Notes: generated by a model from the sequence alone, not told the origin. A DNA stretch of 64,000 nt from Thermodesulfobacteriota bacterium (GCA_964291405.2 OZ219926.1:2432001-2496000); one strand, 5' to 3'. Positions 19,226 through 29,198 are shown, counted from the first letter of the stretch. Program-made: numbers and translations.

Positions 19226-20656
19226 CTATAGCGGGACTTGGCGGCGAGGCGTCGTCACGTCAATACAGCCACCGGGTGTCGGGATGATCTTATTGGGATT
19301 ACACAGGTTGTCCGGATTAAAAACGGACCGGAGCTGGGTCATGACCATCAAATCTTCGGGGCTAAAGATGAGCGGCATCTGTCCCATCTTTTCGACGCCA
19401 ATCCCGTGCTCGCCAGTCAGACTGCCCCCCAAGTCTACACAGGCGTTCAAGATTTCCTTCCCGGCTTGGACCACTCGCCGGGTTTCATCGGCATTACGCT
19501 CGTCGTACATCAGGATCGGATGGATGTTACCGTCCCCGGCGTGAAAAACATTGGCAATCCGCAGTTGATATTTTTCCGAAACTTCAGTAATCCGCTGCAA
19601 AATGTCCGGGACCTTAGTCCGCGGGACAACGCCATCCTGGGTGCAGTAATTGGGTGATAAACGGCCAATGGCGCCAAAGGCACGCTTACGGCTCTTCCAG
19701 AGCGCCATCCGTTCCGCATCATCCCGCGCGATCCGGACCTCGCGGGCCTTATTCTGTTTGCAAATCGCCTGAATCCGATCAGTTTGAGGATCGAGGCTGG
19801 CGGCGAGACCATCAATCTCAATAATCAAAACAGCCCCAGCGTCGGTTGGGAAGCCAAAGTGAAAGGCTTCTTCGATCGCTTGGATAATCAGCGTGTCCAT
19901 CATTTCCAGGGCTGCCGGAACAATACCGGAAGCAATAATGCCAGAGACGGTTTGGGTAGCGTGGTGGACCGACTCAAACACGGCCAAAAACGTGCGGTAG
20001 GCCTGTGGCTGACGGGTAAGCTTAAGGGCGGCCTGGGTCACTATCCCGAACGTGCCTTCCGCGCCTATGGTAATTCCCCGTAAGTCATAGCCGGGAACGT
20101 CCTCGACCGTCCCGCCTAAGGTGACGATTTCTCCGTCCGGCAGGACGACTTCCAGCCCGAGCACGTGATTGGTGGTCACGCCGTATTTGAGCGTATGCGG
20201 CCCGCCGGAATTTTCGGCGATATTGCCGCCAATGGTGCACGCCTGCTGGCTGGACGGGTCAGGAGCATACTGAAAGCCCTGATCTTTCACCGCATTACTG
20301 ACCCACAGATTCACCACGCCGGACTGAGCCACGACATAGCGGTTGAGCAGGTCTATATGGACAATCTTGTTGAGGCGACTGGTCCCGATCATGACCGGCG
20401 CTTCGACTGGCAGGCAGCCACCGCTGAGGCCGGTCCCGGCTCCGCGCGGGACAAAGGCGATCTTTTCCTTGTGAAGAAATTTAACGACCGCCGCCACTTC
20501 TTCCGTCGAGTGAGGCAGGACAACAATCTCAGGGACGGCCTTCTCCAAGGTATAGCCGTCACAGTCGTAGACGGAACGCGCACTCTTATGCGCGACCACC
20601 CCGTCAGGGCCAACGATATCATACAAGCGCTCAAGAATTTTCTGATCCATGCGCAC
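19226..20656 (-). CDS. glcD: Glycolate oxidase subunit GlcD
   Basis: PRGAGTGLSGG, APDPSSQQACTIGGN, HAGDGNIHP, GEHGIG. Confidence 0.9.
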   Translation of the reverse strand: MRMDQKILERLYDIVGPDGVVAHKSARSVYDCDGYTLEKAVPEIVVLPHSTEEVAAVVKFLHKEKIAFVPRGAGTGLSGGCLPVEAPVMIGTSRLNKIVHIDLLNRYVVAQSGVVNLWVSNAVKDQGFQYAPDPSSQQACTIGGNIAENSGGPHTLKYGVTTNHVLGLEVVLPDGEIVTLGGTVEDVPGYDLRGITIGAEGTFGIVTQAALKLTRQPQAYRTFLAVFESVHHATQTVSGIIASGIVPAALEMMDTLIIQAIEEAFHFGFPTDAGAVLIIEIDGLAASLDPQTDRIQAICKQNKAREVRIARDDAERMALWKSRKRAFGAIGRLSPNYCTQDGVVPRTKVPDILQRITEVSEKYQLRIANVFHAGDGNIHPILMYDERNADETRRVVQAGKEILNACVDLGGSLTGEHGIGVEKMGQMPLIFSPEDLMVMTQLRSVFNPDNLCNPNKIIPTPGGCIDVTTPRRQVPL

Positions 20657-20672
20657 TCCTTGTTCCCGTCGA

Positions 20673-21122
20673 CTACACCGGCCGGCGGCGGATCATGCGT
20701 TTAACGGTATACTCAAGGAGGACCGTATCAGCTTGATTAAGGACTTGGGTGAGCGAGGTGACGACCCCGCGGTCGGGCTTAGAGGTCTCACGTTTCCCGA
20801 GAATGCGGACTTTGACCCGAACGGTATCTCCGCAGTGCAGGGGAGCCGGGATGTTCATGTTTTCAATGCCGAGCAGGGCCATACCACCCTTGGCCATACC
20901 GGACTGCACGGTCAGGCCCTCGGCCAGGGCAAAGGTAAACGAGCCTGGCGAGATCCGGCCGTCAAATAAACTGTTGCTTTTGACAAACTCCATGTCCATG
21001 AACAAGGGCTCGTGAAAGCCGAACAGGTTCACGAAGTTGACGATGTCCGCTTCGGTGACTGTTCGCGCCTTGGTCTCAAACTCGGTGCCGACTTCATACT
21101 CTTCAAAGTACTCAAGTGCCAT
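20673..21122 (-). CDS. MaoC-like dehydratase
   Basis: YFEEYEVG, RTVTEADIVNF, PLHCGDTV. Confidence 0.85.
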   Translation of the reverse strand: MALEYFEEYEVGTEFETKARTVTEADIVNFVNLFGFHEPLFMDMEFVKSNSLFDGRISPGSFTFALAEGLTVQSGMAKGGMALLGIENMNIPAPLHCGDTVRVKVRILGKRETSKPDRGVVTSLTQVLNQADTVLLEYTVKRMIRRRPV

Positions 21123-21228
21123 ATGATTTCCTCGGGAAAGGCGTCAGCTAGGAGTCTGCGAGCTTGTGCCGGAGAAGTCAACAGCAGGGTGTTGACAATT
21201 GGTCCGCTCTCGCGTTGTTTTACCCGCT

Positions 21229-22308
21229 ATGAAAAAGCGTGTCGCCGTTGTTGGGGCAACCGGGATTGCGGGTCAGCAATTCCTCGTTGCGCTTCAGGAC
21301 CATCCCTGGTTTGAGGTTGCTTTGCTGGCCGCGTCAGAGCGCTCAGCGGGCAAAAGCTATGCAGAAGCTATCCGTGATCCCAAAACCGGGGCGCGGAGAT
21401 GGTGGTGTGAGGAGGAGCCCCCGCAGTCCGTGCTGCCGCTTCCGGTCCACGAAGCATCGTCTCTGAACCTGACGGGAGTCGATCTCGTCTTTACAGCCGT
21501 CGAATCAGGACCGGCACGGGAACTGGAGCCGGTGTACGCCAAAACAACGCCGGTGGTCAGCACGGCCTCGGCATTTCGGCAAGAGGCGGACGTTCCCCTG
21601 CTTATTCCGGGAGTCAATCTGGAGCATATCTATCTGATTGATACCCAAAGGAAAAATCGCGACTGGCAGGGCTATATTGCCACGCAGCCCAACTGTACCA
21701 CCATAGGTCTGGCGATTACCCTCCGACCGCTGTTTGACCAATTCGGTCTCAGAAAAGTCATCATGACCTCTATGCAGGGGCTGTCCGGGGCTGGTCGCTC
21801 GCCGGGTGTGATCGGAATGGACACCATAGACAACGTTATTCCCTTTATTGCCGGCGAGGAGGAGAAGGTCGAACGGGAAGGGCATAAAATTCTTGGCCGC
21901 CTCGACAATGGAGCCATTACCCCCGCCAATTTTCTGGTGAGTGCAACGTGTACGCGTGTACCGGTTCTTGAAGGCCATACCGAGGCTCTGTTGGTCTCCA
22001 TGGACACCTCCTGCTCGGTTGAGGATGTCCGGGCAGCAATGGTCGGGTTTGGCAAAGAGTTTATTGAAATGGGCCTGCCCTCTTCTCCGCAGCATATGAT
22101 CATCGTGCATGATGACCCATTTCGGCCCCAGCCACGCTTGGACCGTGATGCCGAAGACGGCATGGCAACATCGGTGGGTCGTCTGCGAGAGGATCAGACG
22201 CTTGAGAATGCCGTGAAATATCTTCTTGTCAGCCACAATACCAAGATGGGAGCGGCCAAGGGAGCGGTCCTGACGGCGGAGTATCTGTATCAGCAGGAGT
22301 ATGTGTAG
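21229..22308 (+). CDS. asd: Aspartate-semialdehyde dehydrogenase
   Basis: VGATGIAGQ, PNCTT, QGLSGAG, CTRVPVLEGH, SHNTKMGAAKGA. Confidence 0.92.
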   Translation: MKKRVAVVGATGIAGQQFLVALQDHPWFEVALLAASERSAGKSYAEAIRDPKTGARRWWCEEEPPQSVLPLPVHEASSLNLTGVDLVFTAVESGPARELEPVYAKTTPVVSTASAFRQEADVPLLIPGVNLEHIYLIDTQRKNRDWQGYIATQPNCTTIGLAITLRPLFDQFGLRKVIMTSMQGLSGAGRSPGVIGMDTIDNVIPFIAGEEEKVEREGHKILGRLDNGAITPANFLVSATCTRVPVLEGHTEALLVSMDTSCSVEDVRAAMVGFGKEFIEMGLPSSPQHMIIVHDDPFRPQPRLDRDAEDGMATSVGRLREDQTLENAVKYLLVSHNTKMGAAKGAVLTAEYLYQQEYV

Positions 22309-22344
22309 TTCCGTACGCTCGTCTTGATACAGTACACCGCAGAG

Positions 22345-22397
22345 AAGAGTAAACGTGTCCAGCATCTGCGTGTGTATTGGAGGACACGTTTACTCTT
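22345..22397. repeat. Palindromic element copy 6
   Basis: AAGAGTAAACGTGTCC-AGCATCTGCGTGTGTATTGGA-GGACACGTTTACTCTT, 1 nt before ATG 22399. Confidence 0.95.
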
Positions 22398-22398
22398 A

Positions 22399-23799
22399 AT
22401 GCCCACAGCCTTCACAACCGCAGACCTTCCACCAAAAGCGCAGGGCTTCTGGAAGCTCGCGGGGCCCGGGGCTGTCTTGGTCGGGCTCTCAATCGGCGCG
22501 GGTGAACTGATTGTCTGGCCGCGGAATACCGCGCAGTTTGGTGCCGGCATGACCTGGGCGGCACTGCTCGGCATCTTTCTTCAGTTCTGGATTAATTGCG
22601 AGATTGGCCGCTATACCCTAGCCACGGGAGAAAGTATTTATGCTGGATTCAGCCGAATCTCGCGCCACTTTGCCTGGATCTTTATTCTGCTCAACATCTT
22701 GGGCTGGATTCTTCCGGGATGGGCGCGGGCCTGCGGCGGAGCGCTCAAAGCACTCATGGTCGGCCCTCAGGGCTGGGGGGAGCCGTGGGTCTGGACAGCT
22801 ATTACCTTTGCCGGCGTTGCCTTTGTCTTATTCGGCCCTAAACGCGTGTATGCTTCGGTTGAGAAAACAACGGAACTGTTGGTCATTTTGGTAACGGTCG
22901 GTCTTATTCTGGTTGCCTGTGTTGTTGGCAATACGGAAACCTGGGCGGCGCTGGGACACGGGATGCTGAACTTTCCGTTCAAGCATCCCGATATGCCGAC
23001 GTATATTCTGTTCTCTTCGGTTGTTTTTGCTGGAGCCGGGGGAACGGCGAATCTTTTTTTCTCGTTCTATATCCGAGACAAGGGGTGGGGAATGGGCGCG
23101 CTAATGCCCAAGGTAGTCAATCCACTCCGGGCGCAGGAAGAGGTTGTTTCAGAGCGGGCCTTTCAGATTGCTGAGACTGAGTCGAACCTGGCGCGCTGGC
23201 GGGTATGGTTCAGACATTTGTCTGTGGACCAAATGCTCTTTTTCTGGCTCCTCAACACGTTCACCATTCTCTTGTTTATCTTTGGTGCGCTGGCGGTACT
23301 GCACCCACAAGGCATCGTTCCGAGCCAAGAGATGTTGGTCTGGGAGGAGGCCGAGATTTTAGGCAGCGTGGGGGGAGGTCTCGGAAAGATTCTTTTTCTT
23401 CTCGTGGGGATCGCGTGTTTGTTCAGCACCCAACTGACGCTTATCGACGGAGTCGCCCGGACAGGCGCAGATATCCTGCATACCAACTATGCCTGGGCAC
23501 AAGAGAAGCCGCTGAGTTGGTGGTACGGCGTCATTGCTGTGGGTTGGATCGTACTCGGGACTTTCTTGACCTACGTGTACGAAAGCCTGCCACCTATTCT
23601 TTTTTTGATGGGATCGGCGTTTTTTGGTGGGATTGCGATGGCCGTCTACACGCCGTTGACTCTGGTGATCAATCGAAAGCTGCTCCCGCCGGCACTACGA
23701 CCCGGCCCGGCGAAAACTGCGCTTCTTGTCGGAATCAGTTGTTTTTATGTTGTTTTCGCCGTCTTTTCGATTGTTCGGCTTGGACAGAAGCTCTTGTAA
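22399..23799 (+). CDS. Nramp-like/APC superfamily membrane transporter
   Basis: GPGAVLVGLSIGAGELIVWP, EIGRYTLATGES; about 11 hydrophobic segments. Confidence 0.78.
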   Translation: MPTAFTTADLPPKAQGFWKLAGPGAVLVGLSIGAGELIVWPRNTAQFGAGMTWAALLGIFLQFWINCEIGRYTLATGESIYAGFSRISRHFAWIFILLNILGWILPGWARACGGALKALMVGPQGWGEPWVWTAITFAGVAFVLFGPKRVYASVEKTTELLVILVTVGLILVACVVGNTETWAALGHGMLNFPFKHPDMPTYILFSSVVFAGAGGTANLFFSFYIRDKGWGMGALMPKVVNPLRAQEEVVSERAFQIAETESNLARWRVWFRHLSVDQMLFFWLLNTFTILLFIFGALAVLHPQGIVPSQEMLVWEEAEILGSVGGGLGKILFLLVGIACLFSTQLTLIDGVARTGADILHTNYAWAQEKPLSWWYGVIAVGWIVLGTFLTYVYESLPPILFLMGSAFFGGIAMAVYTPLTLVINRKLLPPALRPGPAKTALLVGISCFYVVFAVFSIVRLGQKLL

Positions 23800-23830
23800 A
23801 AAAGGGCGCCGTGTATGACGGCGCCCTTTT
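23800..23830. terminator. Bidirectional intrinsic terminator
   Basis: AAAAGGGCGCCGT-GTATG-ACGGCGCCCTTTT between convergent genes. Confidence 0.8.
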
Positions 23831-23849
23831 CTTCTTCCGAACTCAGCAA

Positions 23850-24167
23850 TTACACGCTGCCGGATAGCGTAAACGCAATAACCAGCGCGTAAATAGCCAG
23901 CGCCTCAATGAAGGCAATACCGATGATCATCGGGGTCTGGATGCGATCAGCCGAATTTGGGTTCCGGCCGATGGACTCCATAGCGGCAGCCACCGCCCGG
24001 CCCTGCCCCAAGCCTGCACCCACGGCAGCGATGCCGATACCGAGGCCAGCTGCCAGGGCGATCATGCCTCTTGAGGAATCGCCGTCTCCGTCAGCCGCGA
24101 GAGCAGCTCCGGCGGTGAGCAACATCATACAGACTGCCAGCACACCAGTTACACATAGTTTCTTCAT
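23850..24167 (-). CDS. atpE: ATP synthase F0 subunit c
   Basis: [27 protein letters not shown]; AAGGAG RBS. Confidence 0.95.
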   Translation of the reverse strand: MKKLCVTGVLAVCMMLLTAGAALAADGDGDSSRGMIALAAGLGIGIAAVGAGLGQGRAVAAAMESIGRNPNSADRIQTPMIIGIAFIEALAIYALVIAFTLSGSV

Positions 24168-24296
24168 ACGTCCTACTCCTTTCATGTCCCGATGGCGTCG
24201 TGTGGAGTCAGCCTCCTCTTATCCTCCTCGCCGCTTCGTACCCTCTCCGCCACCTGGACAATGGGTTTTATTGCACTCTTTTTCTTCTCTAGTCCC

Positions 24297-24998
24297 TTAG
24301 TGATGCTCATCATGGGCAACGGCCAAGGAGACGTACACCATGCTGAGCAGAGTAAAAACAAACGCTTGTACAAGAGAAACAAAAGCCCCAAGCGCATAAA
24401 AGACGACCGGAATCACAACTTTCGTCAGGTCCGTAAAGATCTCTAAAACAACATGGTCGCCCGTCATATTCCCAAAAAGTCGCAGGGAAAGAGAGAAGGG
24501 CCGGACAAAATTATCAATGAGTTCGAGCGGGACCATCAAAATGCCCAGCCACCAGATCGGCCCGACAAAATGCTTCAAATAAGCCAAGCCCTGTTCTTGG
24601 AAAGCGTAGAAATTATACGCGACAAAGGAAAGCACGCCTAAGGCGAGTGTCACATTGAAATCGCTGGTTGGGGGAGAAAATCCAGGTAAAAGCCCGGAGA
24701 GGTTTGCAACCAGGATGAACAGGAAGAAACTGCCATAGAGGTGGACGTATTTCTGTGCCCGGTCACCCAGTACACCCTCGGCCATATCAGAGATGCCCTG
24801 AGTGAGGAGTTCGGCCATGTTCCGACAGGTCAGCGAGTCATCAGGGACAGCCACATCATCTGCAGCGACCAACTGCCTCTTTGCCATATAAGCAAAGAGA
24901 ATAAGAGCGACAGAGACAATAAGGGAGGTCGCGATATGACCTGGGAGAAGGCTGAGCCCAGGAATATGATCGACCCAGAGAAAGATATGGTGTTCCAT
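24297..24998 (-). CDS. atpB: ATP synthase F0 subunit a
   Basis: RPFSLSLRLFGNM, VQAFVFTLLSMVY. Confidence 0.95.
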   Translation of the reverse strand: MEHHIFLWVDHIPGLSLLPGHIATSLIVSVALILFAYMAKRQLVAADDVAVPDDSLTCRNMAELLTQGISDMAEGVLGDRAQKYVHLYGSFFLFILVANLSGLLPGFSPPTSDFNVTLALGVLSFVAYNFYAFQEQGLAYLKHFVGPIWWLGILMVPLELIDNFVRPFSLSLRLFGNMTGDHVVLEIFTDLTKVVIPVVFYALGAFVSLVQAFVFTLLSMVYVSLAVAHDEHH

Positions 24999-25049
24999 GT
25001 TTTCAGTTCAGCACACTCACGCAGTAGGCTCGTAGCGCGCTCGCGCGTC

Positions 25050-25439
25050 TTAGTCTCCGGGACTGATTAGTGAAATACAAGGGTGCCGGTCCTTTGACTT
25101 GCCCAGGCCGATTATCATGCAGGCAATAAGCAGTAAAGGGACCCCGGCGACAAAGCTCTTGGCGTCAATGGGATACCGAATGAAAACAGCGCTTAAAAGG
25201 AATAAATAGAATCCGCCTTTGACAGTCAGCCACAGGGCAGCATGAATTTTACTGCGCGAATCGACCGGAGCGAGTGCGGTGCGGACCACTTTTTTGAGCA
25301 GCCAGAAGTTGGCCTGCATCACTCCACCGCCAAGTACAAAGCTGGGCACATGGATAAGTCCTGTTATCCAGCCGATAACGGCACCAGTCCCAACTAAAGC
25401 AAGGTTCAGGACTTCTATTCTCTCAATTGTCTTTGTCAC
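25050..25439 (-). CDS. atpI: ATP synthase protein I
   Basis: Four hydrophobic segments, position before atpB. Confidence 0.7.
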   Translation of the reverse strand: MTKTIERIEVLNLALVGTGAVIGWITGLIHVPSFVLGGGVMQANFWLLKKVVRTALAPVDSRSKIHAALWLTVKGGFYLFLLSAVFIRYPIDAKSFVAGVPLLLIACMIIGLGKSKDRHPCISLISPGD

Positions 25440-25647
25440 GGGCAGAAAGACGCTGGAGCACGATGATCAGACGATATATCGCTCCTGACATGCCAACGAT
25501 CACCCCGATGACCATCAGGAGGGGCGCTGTGTCAAACTGAGTGTCTGCATAGTGGCCAATCAAGAGGCCGGCGACAATAGCCCCAGCGAACTCGAACCCG
25601 AGCGCTCCATACTTTCCATAGGTGATGAGAGGACTTTCCTGAGCCAT
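25423..25647 (-). CDS. AtpZ/AtpI family protein
   Basis: GLLIGHYADTQFDTAP two-TM pattern; atp operon position. Confidence 0.75.
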   Translation of the reverse strand: MAQESPLITYGKYGALGFEFAGAIVAGLLIGHYADTQFDTAPLLMVIGVIVGMSGAIYRLIIVLQRLSARDKDN

Positions 25648-25653
25648 TTTGCC

Positions 25654-26937
25654 TCAGCCACCGAGGTTCTTCAGCGCCACTCTCGCCGCCCGTAGGGTTT
25701 CCTGGATTTCATCCTCGCCGTGCGCCAAGGAAATAAAGGCGGATTCGAATTGGGAGGGAGGAAGATATATGCCCTGCTCACTCATGCCCCGAAAGTAGCT
25801 GGCGAACATTTCAGTGTCGCTCTGGGTTGCTGACTCATAGTCGCGAACGTGGTCGACCCCAAAGAAGACGGTGAACATCGAACCTATTTGGTTCACACAG
25901 GCTTTAATGTCAGTCTCACGAATGACAGCGCGTAACCCCTCGGCCAGCATATCTCCGAGCATATTCAACCGCTCATAAGCTCCAGCGGCGTAAACAAGCT
26001 TTAAGGTTTCAATCCCAGCGGTCACAGCCAGCGGATTTCCAGACAGCGTCCCAGCTTGGTAGACTCCCCCCAAAGGGGCAAGTCCATCCATTATCATCGC
26101 CTTTCCGCCAACCGCGGCCAATGGCAGGCCACCACCCACGACTTTCCCGAGACAGGTGAGATCTGGGTCGATATGATAGAGCTCTTGAACTCCACCACGG
26201 GCGAGACGGCAACCGGTCATCACCTCGTCAAAGATGAGCACGACTCCAAACTCCCGGGTGAGTTCCCGAAGACCTTCAAGAAAGCCTTGCCCGGGTAGGA
26301 CGAGGCCCATATTTCCAGGAACAGGCTCCAGTATAACGGCGGCCACTCCTTCTGGGTCCGCCTCGAGGTATGCTCGTACGCTGGAGAGGCTGTTGTACTC
26401 AGCCACAAGCGTCAGGCTGCTAAAGGCCTCGGGAACACCTTGACTGTCCGGGGTACTCAACGTCAGCGCTCCGGACCCAGCTCTCACCAGAAGCGCATCA
26501 GTGTGACCGTGGTAGCAACCAGAGAACTTGATGATCTTCGCCCGACCAGTATAGCCACGGGCGAGACGCAGGGCGGTCATGGTCGCTTCTGTGCCCGAGG
26601 AGGTCAAGCGGACCTTCTCAATTGACGGAATGGTCTGAGTCAGCGTTCTTGCAAGCTCAATCTCTTTTGCCGTTGGGGCACCAAAGCTGGTCCCACTCTT
26701 CACCACTCGCTCAAGTGCCCCAACAACCTGCGGATGAGCATGTCCGGCTATTAACGGTCCCCAGGAACCAACATAGTCTATATACTCACGTCCATCCGCA
26801 TCGGTAATGCGGCATCCCTTCCCTCGGTGGACAAAAAGAGGTTCACCCCCAACAGCCCGCCATGCACGAACCGGACTGTTCACTCCCCCTGGAATATATT
26901 TCTGCGCTTCATTGAAGAGTTTTTGCGATGTTGACAT
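25654..26937 (-). CDS. hemL: Glutamate-1-semialdehyde 2,1-aminomutase
   Basis: PGGVNSPVRA, DYVGSWGP, FDEVMTG, YQAGTLSGNP. Confidence 0.96.
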   Translation of the reverse strand: MSTSQKLFNEAQKYIPGGVNSPVRAWRAVGGEPLFVHRGKGCRITDADGREYIDYVGSWGPLIAGHAHPQVVGALERVVKSGTSFGAPTAKEIELARTLTQTIPSIEKVRLTSSGTEATMTALRLARGYTGRAKIIKFSGCYHGHTDALLVRAGSGALTLSTPDSQGVPEAFSSLTLVAEYNSLSSVRAYLEADPEGVAAVILEPVPGNMGLVLPGQGFLEGLRELTREFGVVLIFDEVMTGCRLARGGVQELYHIDPDLTCLGKVVGGGLPLAAVGGKAMIMDGLAPLGGVYQAGTLSGNPLAVTAGIETLKLVYAAGAYERLNMLGDMLAEGLRAVIRETDIKACVNQIGSMFTVFFGVDHVRDYESATQSDTEMFASYFRGMSEQGIYLPPSQFESAFISLAHGEDEIQETLRAARVALKNLGG

Positions 26938-27454
26938 CTGAGTCCACCCACGTCTCAGTTGTGAGGATTCCCCCTGCTACCACCCGCCTATATGAGAGTC
27001 AAGACAAAGGAACTCTTCTTACACGGAGCATCCAAATATCTGGAATTACGAGCATACCCTCTCTCCTCTTAGATCCTCTTAGAGGAATGAATAACAATAT
27101 GTGATCTCATTCCATATCCTTTTACATGCGACGTGTTCAGAAACAATAAGAAAAATAAAGAGATACAAATCTGATTTTTCAATCCGCTGATTTCCTCTGA
27201 TTTTTACAACATCACATAATGTTATGTGTTCAATTTTGTGTAGTGATTTTCGCTGTTTTGGAAAAAGTTTGCTCTCTTTCTTGCATTCTGTGGGGAAAGA
27301 GTTTAAGACGCAGTGACACTATCCTCTCTGGCCTTATAAAATTTAAGCGGCACATTGATTCGGATAGACATGGGTCTTTATCTCGCCCCTCTGACTACGT
27401 GGTCGGTGAACGGGAACTTCCTGGGGCAGAAGGCGAGGCAGATAGACAAACGTG

Positions 27455-27532
27455 TGTGGATAACTTCGTCATCTGACGAATATTTTCTCAGTCAAGAGGG
27501 GAAGTTATCGAGTTATCCACAGGTGTGGATAA
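27455..27532. promoter_or_regulatory. DnaA boxes upstream of dnaA
   Basis: TGTGGATAA 27455, TTATCCACA 27513, TGTGGATAA 27524. Confidence 0.85.
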
Positions 27533-27560
27533 CCTTTGTTGAGTGGGGGAAGGACGCGGC

Positions 27561-28886
27561 ATGTATCGGGTGTGGGAACAAGTGTTGGGGATTGTTGAGG
27601 GACAAGTAGGAAAGACGAATAGTGAAACCTGGCTGAAACCGATTCGGCCCCTTGGGCTCCAAGACGACACGTTTCATCTTGAGGTCCCAAGTGCGCTCTT
27701 TAAGGATTGGCTACTCAGTAATCTCGTCGGCCCCCTGGAAAACGCATTGACTGAGGTTCTTGGTCAGCCAACGCACCTCATCTTGCATGTACAGGAAAAA
27801 CCCCAAGGAGAACTCTTTCCAGAAGAAGAGAAGGAACAGCCCGCCCAGGGAAAAGGGAGGGGAAAGAAAGACGGGCTGATTCAGAATTACACCTTCTCCT
27901 CCTTTGTGGTCGGTGGTGGCAATCAGTTTGCTCATGCTGCGGCCAAGGCGGTCAGTAAGCACCCGGGGAAAAGCTATAATCCATTATTCATCTATGGGGG
28001 GGTTGGGTTAGGAAAGACGCATCTCATTAATGCCATTGGCCACGAGACATCGGCAAAACAGGAAAAGGACAATATTGTCTATCTGTCCTCAGAGTCTTTT
28101 ACCAATGAATTGATTGCTCATTTACGAAAGAATCGGATGACGGAATTTAAAAATAGATTTCGTCGTGCAGATGTTCTTATTCTTGATGATGTGCAGTTTC
28201 TGTCCGGTCGCGAACGAACACAAGAAGAATTTTTTCACACCTTTAATTCCCTCCATGAGTCAAACAAGCAGATTATATTAACGTCCGATAAATTTCCTCA
28301 TGAGATCGGTGGACTCGAAGAGCGGTTACGAAACCGTTTCGAGTGGGGGTTGATCGCCGATATCCAGCCACCCGACCTCGAGACTCGGGTCGCAATTCTA
28401 CAAAAAAAATCACGTGCAAAACGTATCCCCCTCCCCGACGATGTTGCCCTTTTTATTGCCTCTCATGTAACGTCAAACGTCCGAGAGCTTGAGGGCGGTC
28501 TGACACGATTAGGAGCACTGGCCGCCTTGAATCAGGCTGATATCACTGTCAACTTTGCCCGACAGGTTCTCAAGAATTTGGTCACAGACCAGGAAAAGAA
28601 AGTCTCGATTGAGACTATACAGAGAACTGTGAGTAAGTATTTTGGTGTCAGCGTTGCCGATATAACTTCAAAGAAACGAACGAAGCTAGTTTCGTTTCCG
28701 AGGCAGATTGGCATGTTTCTCTGCCGTAAGCTTGCCGGCGCCTCCTACCCAATGATTGGAATGCGATTTGGAGGAAAAGATCACACGACGGTTCTGCATG
28801 CCTGTCACGCAATTGAAACTCGGTTCAAAAAAGACGAAGAGCTTCGCGATATTATCAATAGAATAGAGATCATGATTTATGAGTAG
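27561..28886 (+). CDS. dnaA: Chromosomal replication initiator DnaA
   Basis: YNPLFIYGGVGLGKTHL, DDVQF, QEEFFHTFN, FGGKDHTTVLHA. Confidence 0.98.
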   Translation: MYRVWEQVLGIVEGQVGKTNSETWLKPIRPLGLQDDTFHLEVPSALFKDWLLSNLVGPLENALTEVLGQPTHLILHVQEKPQGELFPEEEKEQPAQGKGRGKKDGLIQNYTFSSFVVGGGNQFAHAAAKAVSKHPGKSYNPLFIYGGVGLGKTHLINAIGHETSAKQEKDNIVYLSSESFTNELIAHLRKNRMTEFKNRFRRADVLILDDVQFLSGRERTQEEFFHTFNSLHESNKQIILTSDKFPHEIGGLEERLRNRFEWGLIADIQPPDLETRVAILQKKSRAKRIPLPDDVALFIASHVTSNVRELEGGLTRLGALAALNQADITVNFARQVLKNLVTDQEKKVSIETIQRTVSKYFGVSVADITSKKRTKLVSFPRQIGMFLCRKLAGASYPMIGMRFGGKDHTTVLHACHAIETRFKKDEELRDIINRIEIMIYE

Positions 28887-28889
28887 GCT

Positions 28890-29190
28890 CTTCTCCCTGT
28901 GGATAACCTGTGGATAACCTGTGGATAACCTGTGGATAACCTGTGGATAACCTGTGGATGGATAAGAACTCGGGATGATAAGAATTATGAGAGAGAGATG
29001 GAAAAAGTTATCCACAGTTATCCACACCCCCCCCGAAGTTATCCACACCCCCCTGTGGATAACTTTTGTACTATAAACAGATGCTTAACCCACTTATCCA
29101 CATATCCACAGGCCCTACTACTACTATTATTATCTATTTATATATAAATATAAAAAATAAGTAGTAGTAAGTAGAAGAAGAGAAGAAGGG
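28890..29190. other. Replication origin oriC (dnaA-dnaN intergenic)
   Basis: Ten perfect TTATCCACA boxes in either orientation, GGCCC plus TAC/TAT trios at 29111-29133, AT-rich DUE 29134-29160. Confidence 0.92.
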
Positions 29191-29198
29191 AGGAGGAT

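Noticed and set aside
27666-27680. GACACGTTTCATCTT in dnaA resembling a repeat half-arm
   Set aside because: No partner arm, and it falls in normal DnaA domain I sequence; probably chance.
28896-28960. Tandem repeat as a CRISPR or coding repeat (ORFs 28686-29048, 28932-29147)
   Set aside because: The units are DnaA boxes with no spacers; the ORFs are translations of oriC.
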